Source of the DNA: Geosiphon pyriformis uo1
Lineage: Eukaryota; Fungi; Glomeromycota
Direction: 5' to 3'
Length of the DNA stretch: 64,000 nucleotides
NCBI GenBank assembly: GCA_016748015.1
Contig: JAAOMT010000659.1
Location: forward strand, 1 to 64,000
The notes under the pieces were generated by a model. The model searched no databases. It was given only the letters and a program-made list of their open reading frames with translations, and had not been told where the DNA came from. This document shows positions 1-13,251 of this stretch, in pieces. Within the stretch, counting starts at the first letter, position 1. Each line of letters begins with the position of its first letter. Both the position numbers and the translations under genes were made by a program.

Positions 1-3000
1 ATATTGTGTATTGGCATGTGAAATCTGAGAATATGGTCTCAATTGTTACTGAAACAAAGTTAAAGTCTGGTTGTAGACCTTAGATTATGAACAGATTTGA
101 TGATGTTAGAATTTTTTCATCTGGTTTGGACAAAGAGTTTCTTGGTGCTGGGATGGCCATTATCATGAACAATTTTTTGGTTTATTATGTTTCTAAAGTT
201 AAGGAGATCCTTGGTTGGGTTATTTCGGTGTGTTTACTCTTCAAAGATAAACTCTCAGTTATAGTTTTGGGTTTGTATGCTGATGCATCCTCTGGAACTA
301 GGTTTGGTCAGGCTATGGAAGTCAATTTTTTTATCACAAGGACTCTGAACTCCAGTATTTTTGTGGTCTTGGGTGGTAACTTCAATAAAAATAATTCCAA
401 AAAAAGCTGCAATTTTTAGGTTTTGTTTGGATCTGGATTTGGCCAATTCATTTAGTGCACACCTATTGATCAAAGCTTCTATATGGAGCAATTCAAGAGA
501 TGCCAAAAAAACAATTGATTACATTTTTGTTAATGATAGTTTGTTTTTAGCAGTCACTGGTCAAATTGTTGCTTCTGTCTCTGATTATTTTGACACTAAC
601 CACAAGGCTGTTGTGATGTTGGTTGGTTTGGGTGGGCTTTTGGATGTTCAGTTAAATGGTTTGCGCAAGCAAGCTAATAAAGATTGATGAAAGTTCAAGA
701 TTGCAGATGCAGATGGTTCCAAATGGACATGTTTTAAGAAGTGTTCTTCAGTTAAGTTTTTTTCTGTGAGTAATGAGTTTTTGGTCACTGGTGCTGATAG
801 GGATTTTGATTCTATGTGGTCTTTGTTGGTGAGAGTATTGGTCAATACAGCTAATGAGACATTCTCTAAACATTGGTTTCATGAGATCAAATGTTTTTCC
901 AACAAACATTCTTCTAAATTTTTTAAACTGGAACTGCTGGTTGCTAAATTAGTGAAGTCTCTTTAGTCTGGTGATGCTTCTAAAACTGGTTTCTTTCTCA
1001 ATGCTTGGTTGATTGCTAATGAAAGTAAAGCTTTTGAAGTTTGAAACATGTTGAATAATGGTGTCAGCAGCACAGAAATTTTTGTTTGTCTGTCCAGATT
1101 TAGGAAAAGTTACTGTTGTTTCAAGATACATGAGTTTAAAGCTGCTGAAGCTGCTGCGATTAAGCATGCTATTGATAAAAGAATGGAAAATTTTTGCATG
1201 AACAAAAACCATATGATCAAAAGTATTTTGGATAATTCTTTTTGCAAAGTGGTTCTTAACCATTTGGTGGTGGATAATAAATTAGTTTTAGATCCTGGTG
1301 AAGTTAAATCCAAAGTTGATGTGATAATAGAAGGGTAGACCAGAAAGTGGTTAGTGTCTACATCTTTTTTTGCTTCTTGGACTCATCAGTATGCTTTTTT
1401 GCAATATGTAGATAATGATGCTTTCTCTAGTGTTATGGATGTTATTGGTTTTGATAAGCTTTTTTAGATTGTCAAACATTTACTGGATAAGAAGACTATT
1501 GGTCTTAATGGTATTTTTAATGAATTGTGGAAACATTGTGATAAGGTCATTCTCAAAAGCTTGTTGGATCTCCTAAATTTGTGTCTAAGATTAAACAAGA
1601 TTCCAGTTTTGTGGAAAAGAGTGTGGGTCTCTATAATACCTAAACCTTATGATTGGGATGGTGTCTTAATGAACACTTGTTCTATTGCTCTGCTGGAAAC
1701 TGCTTGCAAAATTCTTTCTAAAATCCTCTTAAATCAGATTTCTCTTGTTTGTAGTAAGTTTGGGGTGTTGCATGGGGATAATTTTTCTATTTTTCATGGT
1801 ACTTTTACACAGTCTTCTATTTTTGCTGTTGGTTCAGTAGTAGAAGATGCTTTAGAAAAAAGCAGAAAGGTTTGGTTAGTTTTGCAAAATATGTGTAAGA
1901 CATATGATTCAGTTGGCTGGCACTATTTGGAAACTAGTTTGCGATACATCAAAATATGTGACAAATTCATTAGGTTTTTTGGTGGAAATTTATAAAGATA
2001 GATTGAACCATGTTATAACAAATTTTGGTCTTTTGGATGGTTACTAGGTGCTGAATAATTTTGATTAAGGAGAGGTGTTTTTTCTCTTCCTTTGGCAGAT
2101 CTTCTATGACTCTTTATTGTGTGAAATTAAAAGACAAGAGAGTATATGTGGCTACTAAATTGATACCAAATTTGTGGCCAAATCAAGCAGAATAAACAAT
2201 GTGAATGGAATGACATCTTTTTTTGCTGCTGGTGCTTTTGTTAACAATACTATCTGGGTTGAGAGTAGTCAGGCTGCCACACAATTTATATTGGACATTG
2301 CCAGTAATTTCTTTGCAATTAATAATATCTCAATTAATAATGACAAAACAGTGGTCATTCCTATTAACCAGAGGGTTCAGAATACTGTTCTTAGAATCAG
2401 TGAGCTGCTTATATTGATTGTCAGATGTGGTGTGTCTCATAGATACTTGGGTATATTCTTGTCAACTGATGATTTGTCCAAGCCCAGCTTGGCTAAAACT
2501 CAGTCTGACATCAAGTTTTTTTCCAATATGGTGTTATGTAAATCTATTTTAAACAAACAGTTCATATATTTGGTGTTAGCTGTCTTTCAACTTATTGTCA
2601 GCTACTGCACTCAGTTTAGTTTTGTTTTCTCTGCTGTTTGTCAGCACTAAGATGTTTTGATTAAGAAAAACTTCAAATTAAAGACTAGTTTGTCTCAAAA
2701 TTTCCTAAGTGAGGTGCTTTATCATCTTTTGCTTTATGGTCTAAAGACGTTCAAACAAGTTCAAGCTGAAGAGAAGTCTGCTTCTGTTATAAGTTTTTCT
2801 AATTCTTTTGGGATTGTTGGTCAGCTTTTTGAGCACTATTTTCTGGATTTGCAGGTTTTGGATTGGGTCCTTCTTAATCCTTTGCAGTATTTTGTGAGGC
2901 TGTGCATTGGTTTTTTCAACAATTTTCTAACTGGAATAATTTGTATTCTTTTAAACAATAATATTTTTATGGTGAAAAATTTGCCTTGTGCTTTTCTTAG

Positions 3001-4624
3001 TTCTGACAAGTATCCTGTTTCTAGTGTTTTAGAGTCTTCTTTGTACTATGATCAGATTAGTTTTTTAAAGAAATTTGGTGTAGCTTTCTATGATAGACTT
3101 TTAGACAAACACAGTAAAATCCTGGATTGGCAAACATTCTAACATTAGAAGAAACTGGATCCCAGGGAATTTGTGTCTTTTTGGTTTATCTTGGTATCAA
3201 AATTCTTACATAATAAAGTTCTTCTGTCAATACCACTCAGTTGCAACTCTTTGGTAGATGTTGATAATGTTTTGCTTTCAGATCAATTTTTTGATGTTAA
3301 AAATAATCTGCTTGAAGTCTGATCAGATTTTATTTATGTTTTTATGAACAGTTTTTTGAAGAGATTTGGTTCTGTTGATGTGGCTGGTGGTGCTATGGCA
3401 TTTTTTCCTAAGATTGGATTGGGTATTGGGATTAGAGTAGTGAGTTTTTTGTCTTCTATAATGGCTAAGTTGCAGGCTGTTGCCTTGACACTAAAGTGTG
3501 TACTTTTCTCTTGTTTGGTAGAAGTGTGTTTGGACAGCCAAACTGCTTTAAATGCATGTGTTTTGGAATTGAGATCTAATGGCCCTGATTTTCATAATTG
3601 TTGTTGAATAGAAAGAAAGCATATTGCAAATTTAATTATTCAAAAAGACATTTCTGTAAGCTGGTTAAAGGTCAAAAGACACTTTGATGTGCTGAGTAAT
3701 GTTTGTGCAAATGCATTGGCATACATTTCTACTTATTTCTCTTTGTTGCTGCCGACCAATGTGCATGAACACTTTTTAATGGCCAATGGCATGCCAATTT
3801 CTGGTAATATTTGGCATTTTGTCCAGAACATTTTTAGATTTGTGAATTGCATACAATAGGAAGTTGGTCCTGGTTCTAAGATTCTGGGTGGTTTTTCAGT
3901 TTGTGATATTGATTGGGTTAAGACTATAGCCATTTGGCATCCAAATTCGGGTATACTGTCAGATTCCATGAGTAGAAATTCAGCTGGTCTGCACTCTTAT
4001 TTTATAAAAGCTGTGTATGGCAAACTGTCTATTGTAGTTAAAAAGAGATTTTATGACAAGAACTACTTTGATGTTTTGTGTTTGCACTGTGGAGAAGTTG
4101 AATTCTCTAATTATGTGTTTATATGTAACAAAGAATCCATCTCCCATAAGAAGATTCTTTTCAAATATGTGTTAGTTTGGAGGTTTTTGGCTGGTTTTCA
4201 TTGTCTGACTTCTTCTGTGGTCTTAGAATCTCTTCTTTTGTGTGTGTCTGATGTCAGCCTATATGCTTTTTTCTGCAAGGGCTTTGTGTCTGTAGAGTGG
4301 TTTAAAGAAGCTATGTGGATATTTGAGAATTGCAAAGAGACTGTCTGGATTTTGGTTGACTTTGTGTGAAACATAGGTGTGTGTCACCATTCTGAGTTGT
4401 GGGGGTTCAGGTTCAAATTTAGAGTTAACATAGAAAAAGACAACTTGGTTAGTGATTCGGAAGTGTTACCAGTAATATATTACAGCTCTGTGTGAAGTTT
4501 GTTGGATGGCATGGTTAGATTGATTAGTATTGATGATTCTTTTGGAGTGAGTTTTGGTTTCCATAAGCCTTGGTTGTTTTTTTCTGGTTTGGTTAATATA
4601 GTATCTGTTCATATAAGTGTGTAG
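1..4624 (+). pseudogene. LINE A ORF2 (APE-RT-RNase H-CCHC), many stops and frameshifts
   Basis: ORF-track fragments 87-4369 are colinear with ORF2 of LINE B. Confidence 0.9.
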
Positions 4625-4760
4625 TATCACCTAGATTAATCTGAGTGACTAGTCACATATAGTAAACACATAAATTACATCTAGCTGGGGTTCATAGTTT
4701 TGATTCTGTATACTAGATAGTAATTAAGCTGCACTCATTAAACTGGATAATAATAAAAAA
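1..4760 (+). mobile_element. LINE A (non-LTR retrotransposon with RNase H), 5' part outside window, degenerate
   Basis: ORF2 fragments in order: APE endonuclease (ETKL, LGGNFN, TIDYIF, DTNHKAV), RT (AGAFVNNT from FVDDT, HRYLGIF), RNase H (LDSQTAL), CCHC (CLHCGEVE). Stop at 4622-4624, short 3' UTR, A-rich tail to 4760. Confidence 0.93.
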
Positions 4761-6212
4761 GTATTAATCTAAATATAATTTGAGTATAAAAGCTTTTTTT
4801 TGGCTTTGAAAAGTTTTATTTATATACTTTCAAAAAAAATTAATAATCAAATCAATAATTATATTAATAATTTGATTAATAATTAAATCAATGATCAGAT
4901 TAATAATTAAATTAATAATCAAGTTATTAATTAAATTAATAATCATATCAATAACTAATTTTAAAAATAAAATAATTAATTATAATTAAATAAATAAATA
5001 AAAATTAAAAATTAAAAAATTTAACTATAATATTATTTTTTTTAAAAAAATTAAACTTTAATAAAATAAAATTATATAAGAAAAGTTTTAAAATTTTTGT
5101 CTTAAAGCTAATTAATTTGTTAAATCTTTAGTTATTAAAGTATAAAAAAACTATAACAATATTAATTTTAAATCCAAAAGATTAAATTTTTGTACAAGTA
5201 TTTTGGCTTTTTTTGCAATAGTCAAAATTTTTAAAATATTTAAATATATAATATTTAAGATTTTTGTCTAAATTTTTGAAGTTGTTTTTTTTAAAAATTT
5301 TATATATTTAATAACTTTATCAAGTTTTTTATAATTTTTAAGTTGTTTTTTATATAACAATTTTAGTTTATAAACAAATTTTTTTTTTATTCTTTTAATT
5401 ATATTAAAAAAATTAAGTATTTTGGCAATTATATATTTAAACATATATTTTTTTATTTTATTGTTAATTTTGTAACAGTTTTTTAATAATTAATAATAAA
5501 ATATATTTTAATTTTGTTTTTAATTATTATTTGTTTTCTGATAGTAAACAAAATATCTAAATATTTTTTTTATATTTGTTTTAATATTTTATTAATAAAT
5601 ACTATAACTATTACAATAATTAATAACTAATTGGGTTTTTTGTAATATTTTTTAATTCATGTACTATGAATAAATTAATCATTAAATATTGTTTTATATA
5701 ATTTAACAAAATATAAAATCTGTTGTTTAAAACTTTGTTAATTATAAATAATTTTTTTTATTAACTTAAAAATTTGTTACTAAAAATGTTGTTTTGATTT
5801 AATTTGTATTCAAGAATTAGGTTACTAATACTTAAAAGTATTTTATGTATTTTTTTTTTTTTGAGTTTTTTTTAAAATGTTTTTATTTTTTTATAAGCAA
5901 TTTATGCTTTTATTAAAAAATCTAAAAATTTTTGTAATTTAGTTCTGTTATTTTTTTAAAAAATATTGTTTTAATATTAGTTTTAATAAGTAATATTATT
6001 ATATATCTATAAAATAAGTAGAAAAATTTGTAACCAGTTATGTTATAATTTACTGTTTTATAAGTAAAAAAAGTTAAAAACAAAATTTTGTTTTATAAAT
6101 TTATTTTTTTACTAATTTTTGCTAAAATTTTACAGAGTATTTAATTAAAATATTTTACTAATTTATTAATCTGTAAATAATAATAAAAAAAGAATTTGTA
6201 ATATATTTTAAA
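4761..6212 (-). mobile_element. Ancient hypermutated Gypsy (family 2), piece 1: integrase C-terminal half, post-integrase region, PPT and start of 3' LTR
   Basis: Reverse complement of about 6030-6200 is colinear with 38420-38600 (YxxQTNxLVERFNRTLCETLAK...YRTVNHDIT) via G>A/C>T changes. LTR start TATTATAGTTAAA at 5032 matches TGTTACAGTTGAA at 32744. A decayed 12-bp repeat array lies at 4840-4957. Confidence 0.8.
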
Positions 6213-6349
6213 TTTTTTTTTTTTTTATTACGGTTTATGAATGAGGTCCAAATACTACCTAGAGCTATATACCAAAGAAATGATATAAACTAAGTGTGAA
6301 TCATGCTTTTTCTACACGTGACCAGCCATTCAGACCAATTAGGACAACA

Positions 6350-9300
6350 CTACACAGTTATATGTACCAAAACAGAATCACTGATACCAGAAAAGAAAGA
6401 ACATTGTTTACGAAAGCCAAAACGAACACCAAGAGCCTTAGCCATACCAAGTAGCCTAACAACGCCAGCCGAGAACCTAGAAACCGAGCCAGGGACCGAG
6501 ATAGAAACCGAACCATCAAGTGGGATAAGATTATTTTTTTCCATAAATGCACGATGCTTAACTCTAACCAACCAAATATTATTCCTAAAAGCAAAACTAA
6601 GGGAATGCACAAACTCAACAATTTTCAAACTAGCAGCCTTATAACATTTGAAAACAGAGACAGCTTCATGAAGCCACTCAATAAAAACAAACCCTTTAGA
6701 GAGAGCCATAAATACAGAAACATCAAAGGCATAAGAAGACAGCAATTGCAGCATGCAGAAAGAAGAGAGAGACAGGCCAGAAAGCACCATCCAAGATTTC
6801 GAACATGTATCCAGTATCTGAAGACATATAGAGACATCAGCCTTGCAAGAGAAAACATGATCTGATGTCTCCACCTCACCACAATATAAGCACAATACGC
6901 TGGAGTATCTTCTGTTATACAAGTGTTTACGAACAACAACAGGCAGCTGGTGGTGCAATGCCTTCATGAGAAAACTGTGTGCATCTGCTGTGGGCTTGCT
7001 AGTGTGGCCAGCGGCCATGTGTGAATCAGGATGCCATACCAATGAAGAGCAGGACCAATCTACGTCCGCGAACAAACTGGCAGGCAAAAATTTAGAACCA
7101 GAACCAGTCTCCCAGTGCACACGACTAACAGAACAAAAAATATCACGAACAAAATATCTGGAATTGCCAGAAACAGCCCCACTGTCTGCCAACAAGAAGT
7201 GCGCATGCAATTGGGAAGGAAAGAACCAGCCCGAATGAGAAGAAGCACCAGCTATAGCATCAGCACATTCATTTCCAATTATACCAGAGTGGCCTTTCAC
7301 TTTGTGTCATTTAACCAATAAGTTTTTGCTACGAATAATGTCTACAATATACAAGCGTTCGATCCAACAACAGTTGCGAAAATCCGGATGCACTATATCC
7401 AATTCCAACTTGCAGGCATTCAGAGCAGCTTGACTGTCAGAGAACAGATAAACACAACTAGAACAGGGGACACACTCTAGCGCCAGCACAATAGTCTGCA
7501 TTTCCGCCAATGTAGAAAACAGCAGACCCAAAACTCCAATGCCCAAACCCAGATCAATGTCACTGAAAAAAACACCAGCCCCAGCCATGCAATTCTTGGT
7601 ACCTAGGTTCGTCAGAGACCCATCTGTATAAACAGAAATGCTACTAGGAAGAACTTGGGAAAGCCGATTATGAACCAACACAAAGCCAAGAGAGGTGAGA
7701 ATACTCTGAAGACCTATATCAGCCAAAGCAGGAGAAGGGGCACAAGGAGAAAATGTATTAGACAGGAACTTGACAGAAAGCATGAACCACTCAGAAGTTG
7801 GGCCATGAGGGTCCAACCTCTTCCACCACTTGAATTTGTACCAGTCAAACACGGCTCCATGATGATCACGGAGTTGGTCAACAAAGGCAATGCCATATCG
7901 TCAGAGTGAGGGAAGGAACTTGACAAATTTAGACTCACCGAGAATGGTAGACATGGGTACCCCACCACAAAGCCGAAATGGATTACCAAAAGACCCACTC
8001 AAAGATAAGTTGCAATTGAGGAAAACACAAACAGCACCCACCAAGAAGTTATTCAAAGGGCTGACTCATACACAAACAGGAACACTCAAAGGATGAATAG
8101 GGCGCCAGCTCAAAACCTGTAAGTCATGAGACCTGTGGAAGAACAGGCAACCCAGAATTCCCACTGAGTTTGCAAAACAAATAAGGGAAGCGACTTTACT
8201 TTCCAATTGAATCTGGATGAAAGATTTCAACCCATAGAATGAGAGATGATGGATCATGTTACTAGGAAAATCAAGAGGCAATCTAGACTTGGATTTCAAG
8301 CCCCTACAAATCAAAGCATCCCACTTATTATACACACTAACAGGAACAAAACTAAACTGAGTTTTATAACTGATGATGGGGTGAAGAACAGCTGACACTA
8401 AATAAAAAAATTGTTTGTCCAATACGGCCTTTCTTAGAACCAAGTTGATAAAAAAACAAACATCTAAATAGGCTTTTGCCAGGCTGGGCTTCAACAGTCC
8501 CTCAGAAAATACGAAGATACCCAGATAACAATGAGATTTGCCTGGCTTAGCTATAGAAATAGGGGATTCACTGATGAAAAGAGAAAGTGCACTGGCACGG
8601 CTATTAATTGGAATAGCCACTGTCTTATCATTATTAATTGAAATATCATTGATACGGAAGAACTCACTAGCCACATCAAGAATATGTTGAGTGGCAGTCT
8701 GACTGCTACCCACTCAGATCGTATCATTCACAAAAGTGCCTGCAGCGAAGAAAGACAACAAACCAGCCTGAGACTCCACATGGCCTGTCTTAGCAACGAA
8801 ATGAAAATTTAATCTGTAACCACACACACTCTCTTGCCTCTTAACTTTACACAAGAGAGGATCATAAAATATACACCAAAGAAGAGACAAAAACACCTCC
8901 TTTTGGTCCAAGCCATCGTGTACATGATAACCATCCGTCAACCCAAAATTAGTCATAACCTGGTTTGTACAACTACTATGAATATTCCCAAAAAACCTAA
9001 TAAACCAGCAGCACATTTTTATCCTAACCAAACTTTTCTTAAGATGATCCCAACCAATTGAGTCATACGCTTTCTGCATGTCTTGTAAAACCAGCCAGAG
9101 CTCTCGGTTTTTTTCAAGAGCGTCTTCGATCACCAAACCAATCACAAAAATGGGAGACTGAGTTGTAGTGTCTTTGAGAACTGAAAAATTGTTCCCACGA
9201 AGAACGTCAAACTTGCTACATGCCAAAGAGATCCTATCAGAGAGAATCTTGGAAAGAATTTTTCAAGCCATCTCAATCAGAGCAATAGGACAAGTGTTTG

Positions 9301-11038
9301 TGAGCACACCCTTCCATTCACAAGGTTTGGGAATTATCAACACCCAGGCTTCCTTCCAAGCACTGGGCACAAACTCACCATGAAGACAAGAATTAATAAA
9401 CACCAAGAGCATATCAAGAACAGATTTATTACAGTGCTTCCAAAGTTCATTGGAGATGTCTGAGAGACCAGCAGCCTTCCCATCAGGTAGGACAGAAACC
9501 ATGCCAGACATCTCATCAAAACTAACACAGCTCATCATATCTAAAAAAGCACCATCAAACACGTAATCCAAAGGCCGATATTGGTTAGCCCAATTCCCAG
9601 GAACATCAAGGGCCACACCACATTTATGAGTCCACCCCTCCATAATCTCATCCACTTTCTTTTTAACATGATCAGGTTCCAAATACAGCTCATCACCAAC
9701 TACCAAATGATCCAAAACCATCTTGCAAAAAGGCCTCTCCAAGACGCTTCTAATAGTATGACCCTTGTTAGATTCAAAAGTCTCCATCTTTTTATCAACA
9801 GCAGATCTAATCTGCGACTCTTCAGCATGTTTTGATTCCAATAACTTTGAGGCATGATAAGACTTCCTGGCTTTGGACAGAGCTGAACAAATGTTGTCAA
9901 AAGGAGACTTCGAGAGAAAAAGAGACCTTATCACAGCAGCACCAGCAGAATCAAGTGCTTTCCAAGTATCAAGCAGTGATACAAACACATTACAATCAAC
10001 AGAACGGGAAGCTTTGACCAACTTGGACACTAAAAGTTCTAGCTTATAGAACCTGGATAAATGCTTAGTGAAAATGCCGTCATAACCTTTAAACCATTTT
10101 TTCTTGAAAACTTCACTCACTGAGAAACACATAGTTTTTTGAACAGCATCCCACATCACATCCAAATCCGACAGATCTCTGGCAGCCAAGAAATCATCAG
10201 AAAACATGGCAGCATTCACTGCTGTGGCCTCCCTGAATCTCAACCACAAGGCAACACTAGCATTCTTAAAATTGTACTTCCAACAATTCCTATTGGCCTG
10301 CTTGCGAACAGAACACAAATGCATATTCAAGAGACCACTTAAACCAATCGACACAGAAACGGCTTGATGGTCAGTATCAAAGAAGTCAGACACATCCAGA
10401 ACATCATGATCCACAATAGCATTGACCAAATTGGGAGATACGAAAAGATAATCAATTGTTTTCGTCACACCCCGGGAATTATTCCAAGTTGGAACTTTTA
10501 CAAACGGACTGCAGACAAGAGAGTTGACCAGACCCAAACTACCACACTTCCTAAAACTGGCGCTTCTACGCAAACCATCTTCATTGAAGTCACCACCTAA
10601 AACCACAAAGAATGATTCATTCACAGCACTAGCAATCATAACATTCACATCATCGGCCTGAGAGAAGCGCACCAAAGCCGACGCCCCAGCATACAGACCC
10701 AAAAAAAAAACCGAGAGTTTATTCCTAAAAAGCAACTTGATAGAAATAAGGCGACCAGGGACCTCAGAAACTTTGTACACATGCCTGGTCAGAGAATTGT
10801 TCATAACAATCACCACACCAGAACCAAGATGACCAGAATTCAAACCAGAAATAAAGACCCAAATACCATCAAACTTGCTAGCAATCCAAGGCCGTACCTT
10901 ATCTTTTAACTTTGTCTCAGTGACAATTGAAACTAAATTGTTCATATCTCTGTGCCAATGTATAATGTCCTCTTGCTTAGCTGAATTGTTCATTCCCCTG
11001 ACATTACATGTGGCTATTTTCCATACTAAATCATTTAT
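6350..11038 (-). pseudogene. LINE B ORF2: APE endonuclease, reverse transcriptase, RNase H, CCHC finger
   Basis: KIATCNVRG, ETKL, LGGDFN, TIDYLF, DTDH; RT DMQKAYDS and FVNDT; RNase H VYTDGSL, AE, SDSQAAL, KGHSGIIGNECAD; CLYCGEVETSDHVFSC. Only a few in-frame stops (mostly TGG>TGA). Confidence 0.95.
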
Positions 11039-12915
11039 CGGGTTGCAAAAGAGACTGCAGAACCCGAGCTAGCACACATCTGATCTAACTTCTCCAATAC
11101 TGAACTAACTGAAGTTTCGAGAGCCACCAACTTCAATTCCAAGCAATCCACTTTTGAAGTCAGAACTTTCGAACTACTTGAACCCAAACTTGAGGTATCA
11201 TAGGAAACCGAAGAAAGAGAAATAACCACAGAATCAGGTTCATCTAAAATCATATCCAAACCAAGTTTCATATTAACCAAACCAGGAGCAGCCAAGGGCT
11301 GAGAAAAGGAATTGAGAGCCAAAAATACCAAGCTTAAACTGTTAAGTTTGTCAATGATACTGGACACCTTATCTGTGAGAAGTTCCAAAGAGCGCTCCAA
11401 AGAAGTGAGACGAGTTTCCAAAATCGAACCAACAGGACCTGCAAGAGATGAGTTACCTACCAAACCTGAGGCGCCAGGAGAAAAAACAAAATCAGAACCA
11501 GAACCAAAGTGAGGACCATTAGATGAAGACACTAGAGAGACAACCTAGGTCTATGATTTGCCGTCGAATGCAGCCAGTCTAGAAATAGGCACACTCTTTT
11601 TTGCATATAGCTTGGCCAACTGGAGGCGGGTTTCATCAGAGACAACCTTTTTAAATGATTTAGAAAGTTTAGGAGAATGTGAGACCTCAGTCTCACACTC
11701 CAGAACTGAATGACCAAGTTTCCCACACCGTTCACACCGAACCAGGTCCAATCTAGCCCAAAAAAGTTTCACCCCACCAAAAACAGGCTCCATACGAAAT
11801 GCAGACTCCAAATTCTCATCATTCTCAAAACAAATCACAGTACAACGAATCCTATTGCCAGTGACTAAAAAACGATTTATGACACAAGTTTTCCCACCAG
11901 CCCCTGCCAAAAGATCACCAAGATCATGAGCCGTTGTTCCCACTGGCAAAGTAAACAAAAGCGCCCTATACTGATTTCTAGACGCCCATGTTTCACAATC
12001 CTGCACAGCCTTGGCCACATGCACTGAATTTTTCCCAATTAAGAATGACCACTTAGCTGCCAACTGATCTGCCTGACTTGATTTGGCAAACTCCACTACA
12101 GCCTTTTGCCACAGTCCAATGAGTTGCAATCAGATCAACACCACTTGACCAAATTCAGACACTGCAGCGACGATCATTTCCTTTGGCGTATTCATGGGAA
12201 TTTTTTTGATTACTACAGCCCGATCTGAGCGTATTCCCTGTCTTTTGAGATCGCTGTTTACAATGATGTTATTTTCTCTGGCCAATGATGCAGCCTTTTT
12301 CATGCTTTTTTCTGATGTGAAGGTAGATCTGACGATCCCTTCAAATTTTGAGGGGGTAGTGGCCCCTCCAAAACCATTGACTGAAGAAAAAATTTTCCTA
12401 ATTAGCTGGGTCTTCGCCATTGCTGAATTACCCACTATAGCTGAGAGATTAATATCCAATGCAAAGAATTTTTTGATTGAAATTTCAACAGGAGTCTTAA
12501 TAATCTTTGGGTTGATTCACTTTTTTTCCAGAGAGATAGGCAAGCAAAGAGAAAGCACAAATTCATCATCATCCATAGCAAAATTAGGAGAACCAAGTGG
12601 AGATCCAAACATTGTACCAGTATTAACACGTTTTGCTTTGGGAGTAGTGGCAGTTGAGCCTGACAGAGATCTTTCACATATACCAAACATGCCAACATCC
12701 TCATCATCACCAGATACACTATCCACATCAGAATACACACTATCACCAGGCCCAGATTTACTCAAAGAGATATCCTTCTCATTACCAAAGTGTTTAACAT
12801 TCCCAAGAACCACCTTTTTTTTCTGAGCAAAAAAACCACTAGCAGGACCATGTAAAACACCTTTGGGCACCTTCTTTTTGGACATATCACTGCTTGAAGC
12901 AGTCTTCAAATCCAC
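11035..12915 (-). pseudogene. LINE B ORF1 (nucleic-acid-binding, zinc knuckle, C-terminal coiled coil)
   Basis: Fragments 12517-12915, 12130-12459, 11551-12129, 11035-11532. CERCGKLGHSVLEC knuckle. Heptad-like RLTSLERSLELLTDKV. Homologous to LINE C ORF1. Confidence 0.85.
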
Positions 12916-13025
12916 AACAAAAGGATTATTTAAAGAAATGTTGAAAGATTTGACAAGAAAAAACAGAAAACTTTTTTTTCAGAAATGCGCTTTTTTGAGG
13001 ATTTTTGAAAGTAAAAGAAAAAGAA

Positions 13026-13116
13026 GTATTCAAATTTTTTTAATAATTTTTTTATCAATAAGCTAAAAAAAGCTGTTTTTTTATCTAAAAATAGTTTTTA
13101 AAAACATTTATGTTTA
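13026..13116 (-). mobile_element. Ancient Gypsy piece 2 (integrase core, HGCxKELLxDKG region)
   Basis: Reverse complement aligns with 38312-38400 and bridges pieces 1 and 3. Confidence 0.7.
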
Positions 13117-13251
13117 TTTTTTTTTATTAAGCATTTAACGAGTGAAGCCCAACCATTATTTAGTACAAAAAACCATATTAAAAGGCTCAAACTAAATGTA
13201 GTTCATGCATTTGCTACATGTGGCTAGCCACTCAGGCAAGAAAAGGCAACA

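Larger units (their letters stand above)
6213..13025 (-). mobile_element. LINE B, essentially full length, least decayed LINE in the window
   Basis: Poly(A) tail (T run 6213-6226), 3' UTR, ORF2, ORF1 and pyrimidine-rich 5' end. Degenerate TSD ATATTTTAAA (6203-6212) / GTATTCAAA (13026-13034). Confidence 0.95.

Noticed and set aside
12194-12826. 210-aa plus-strand ORF and many other 60-180 aa ORFs opposite TE genes
   Set aside because: These are antisense shadows of LINE or Gypsy coding frames with no independent motifs.
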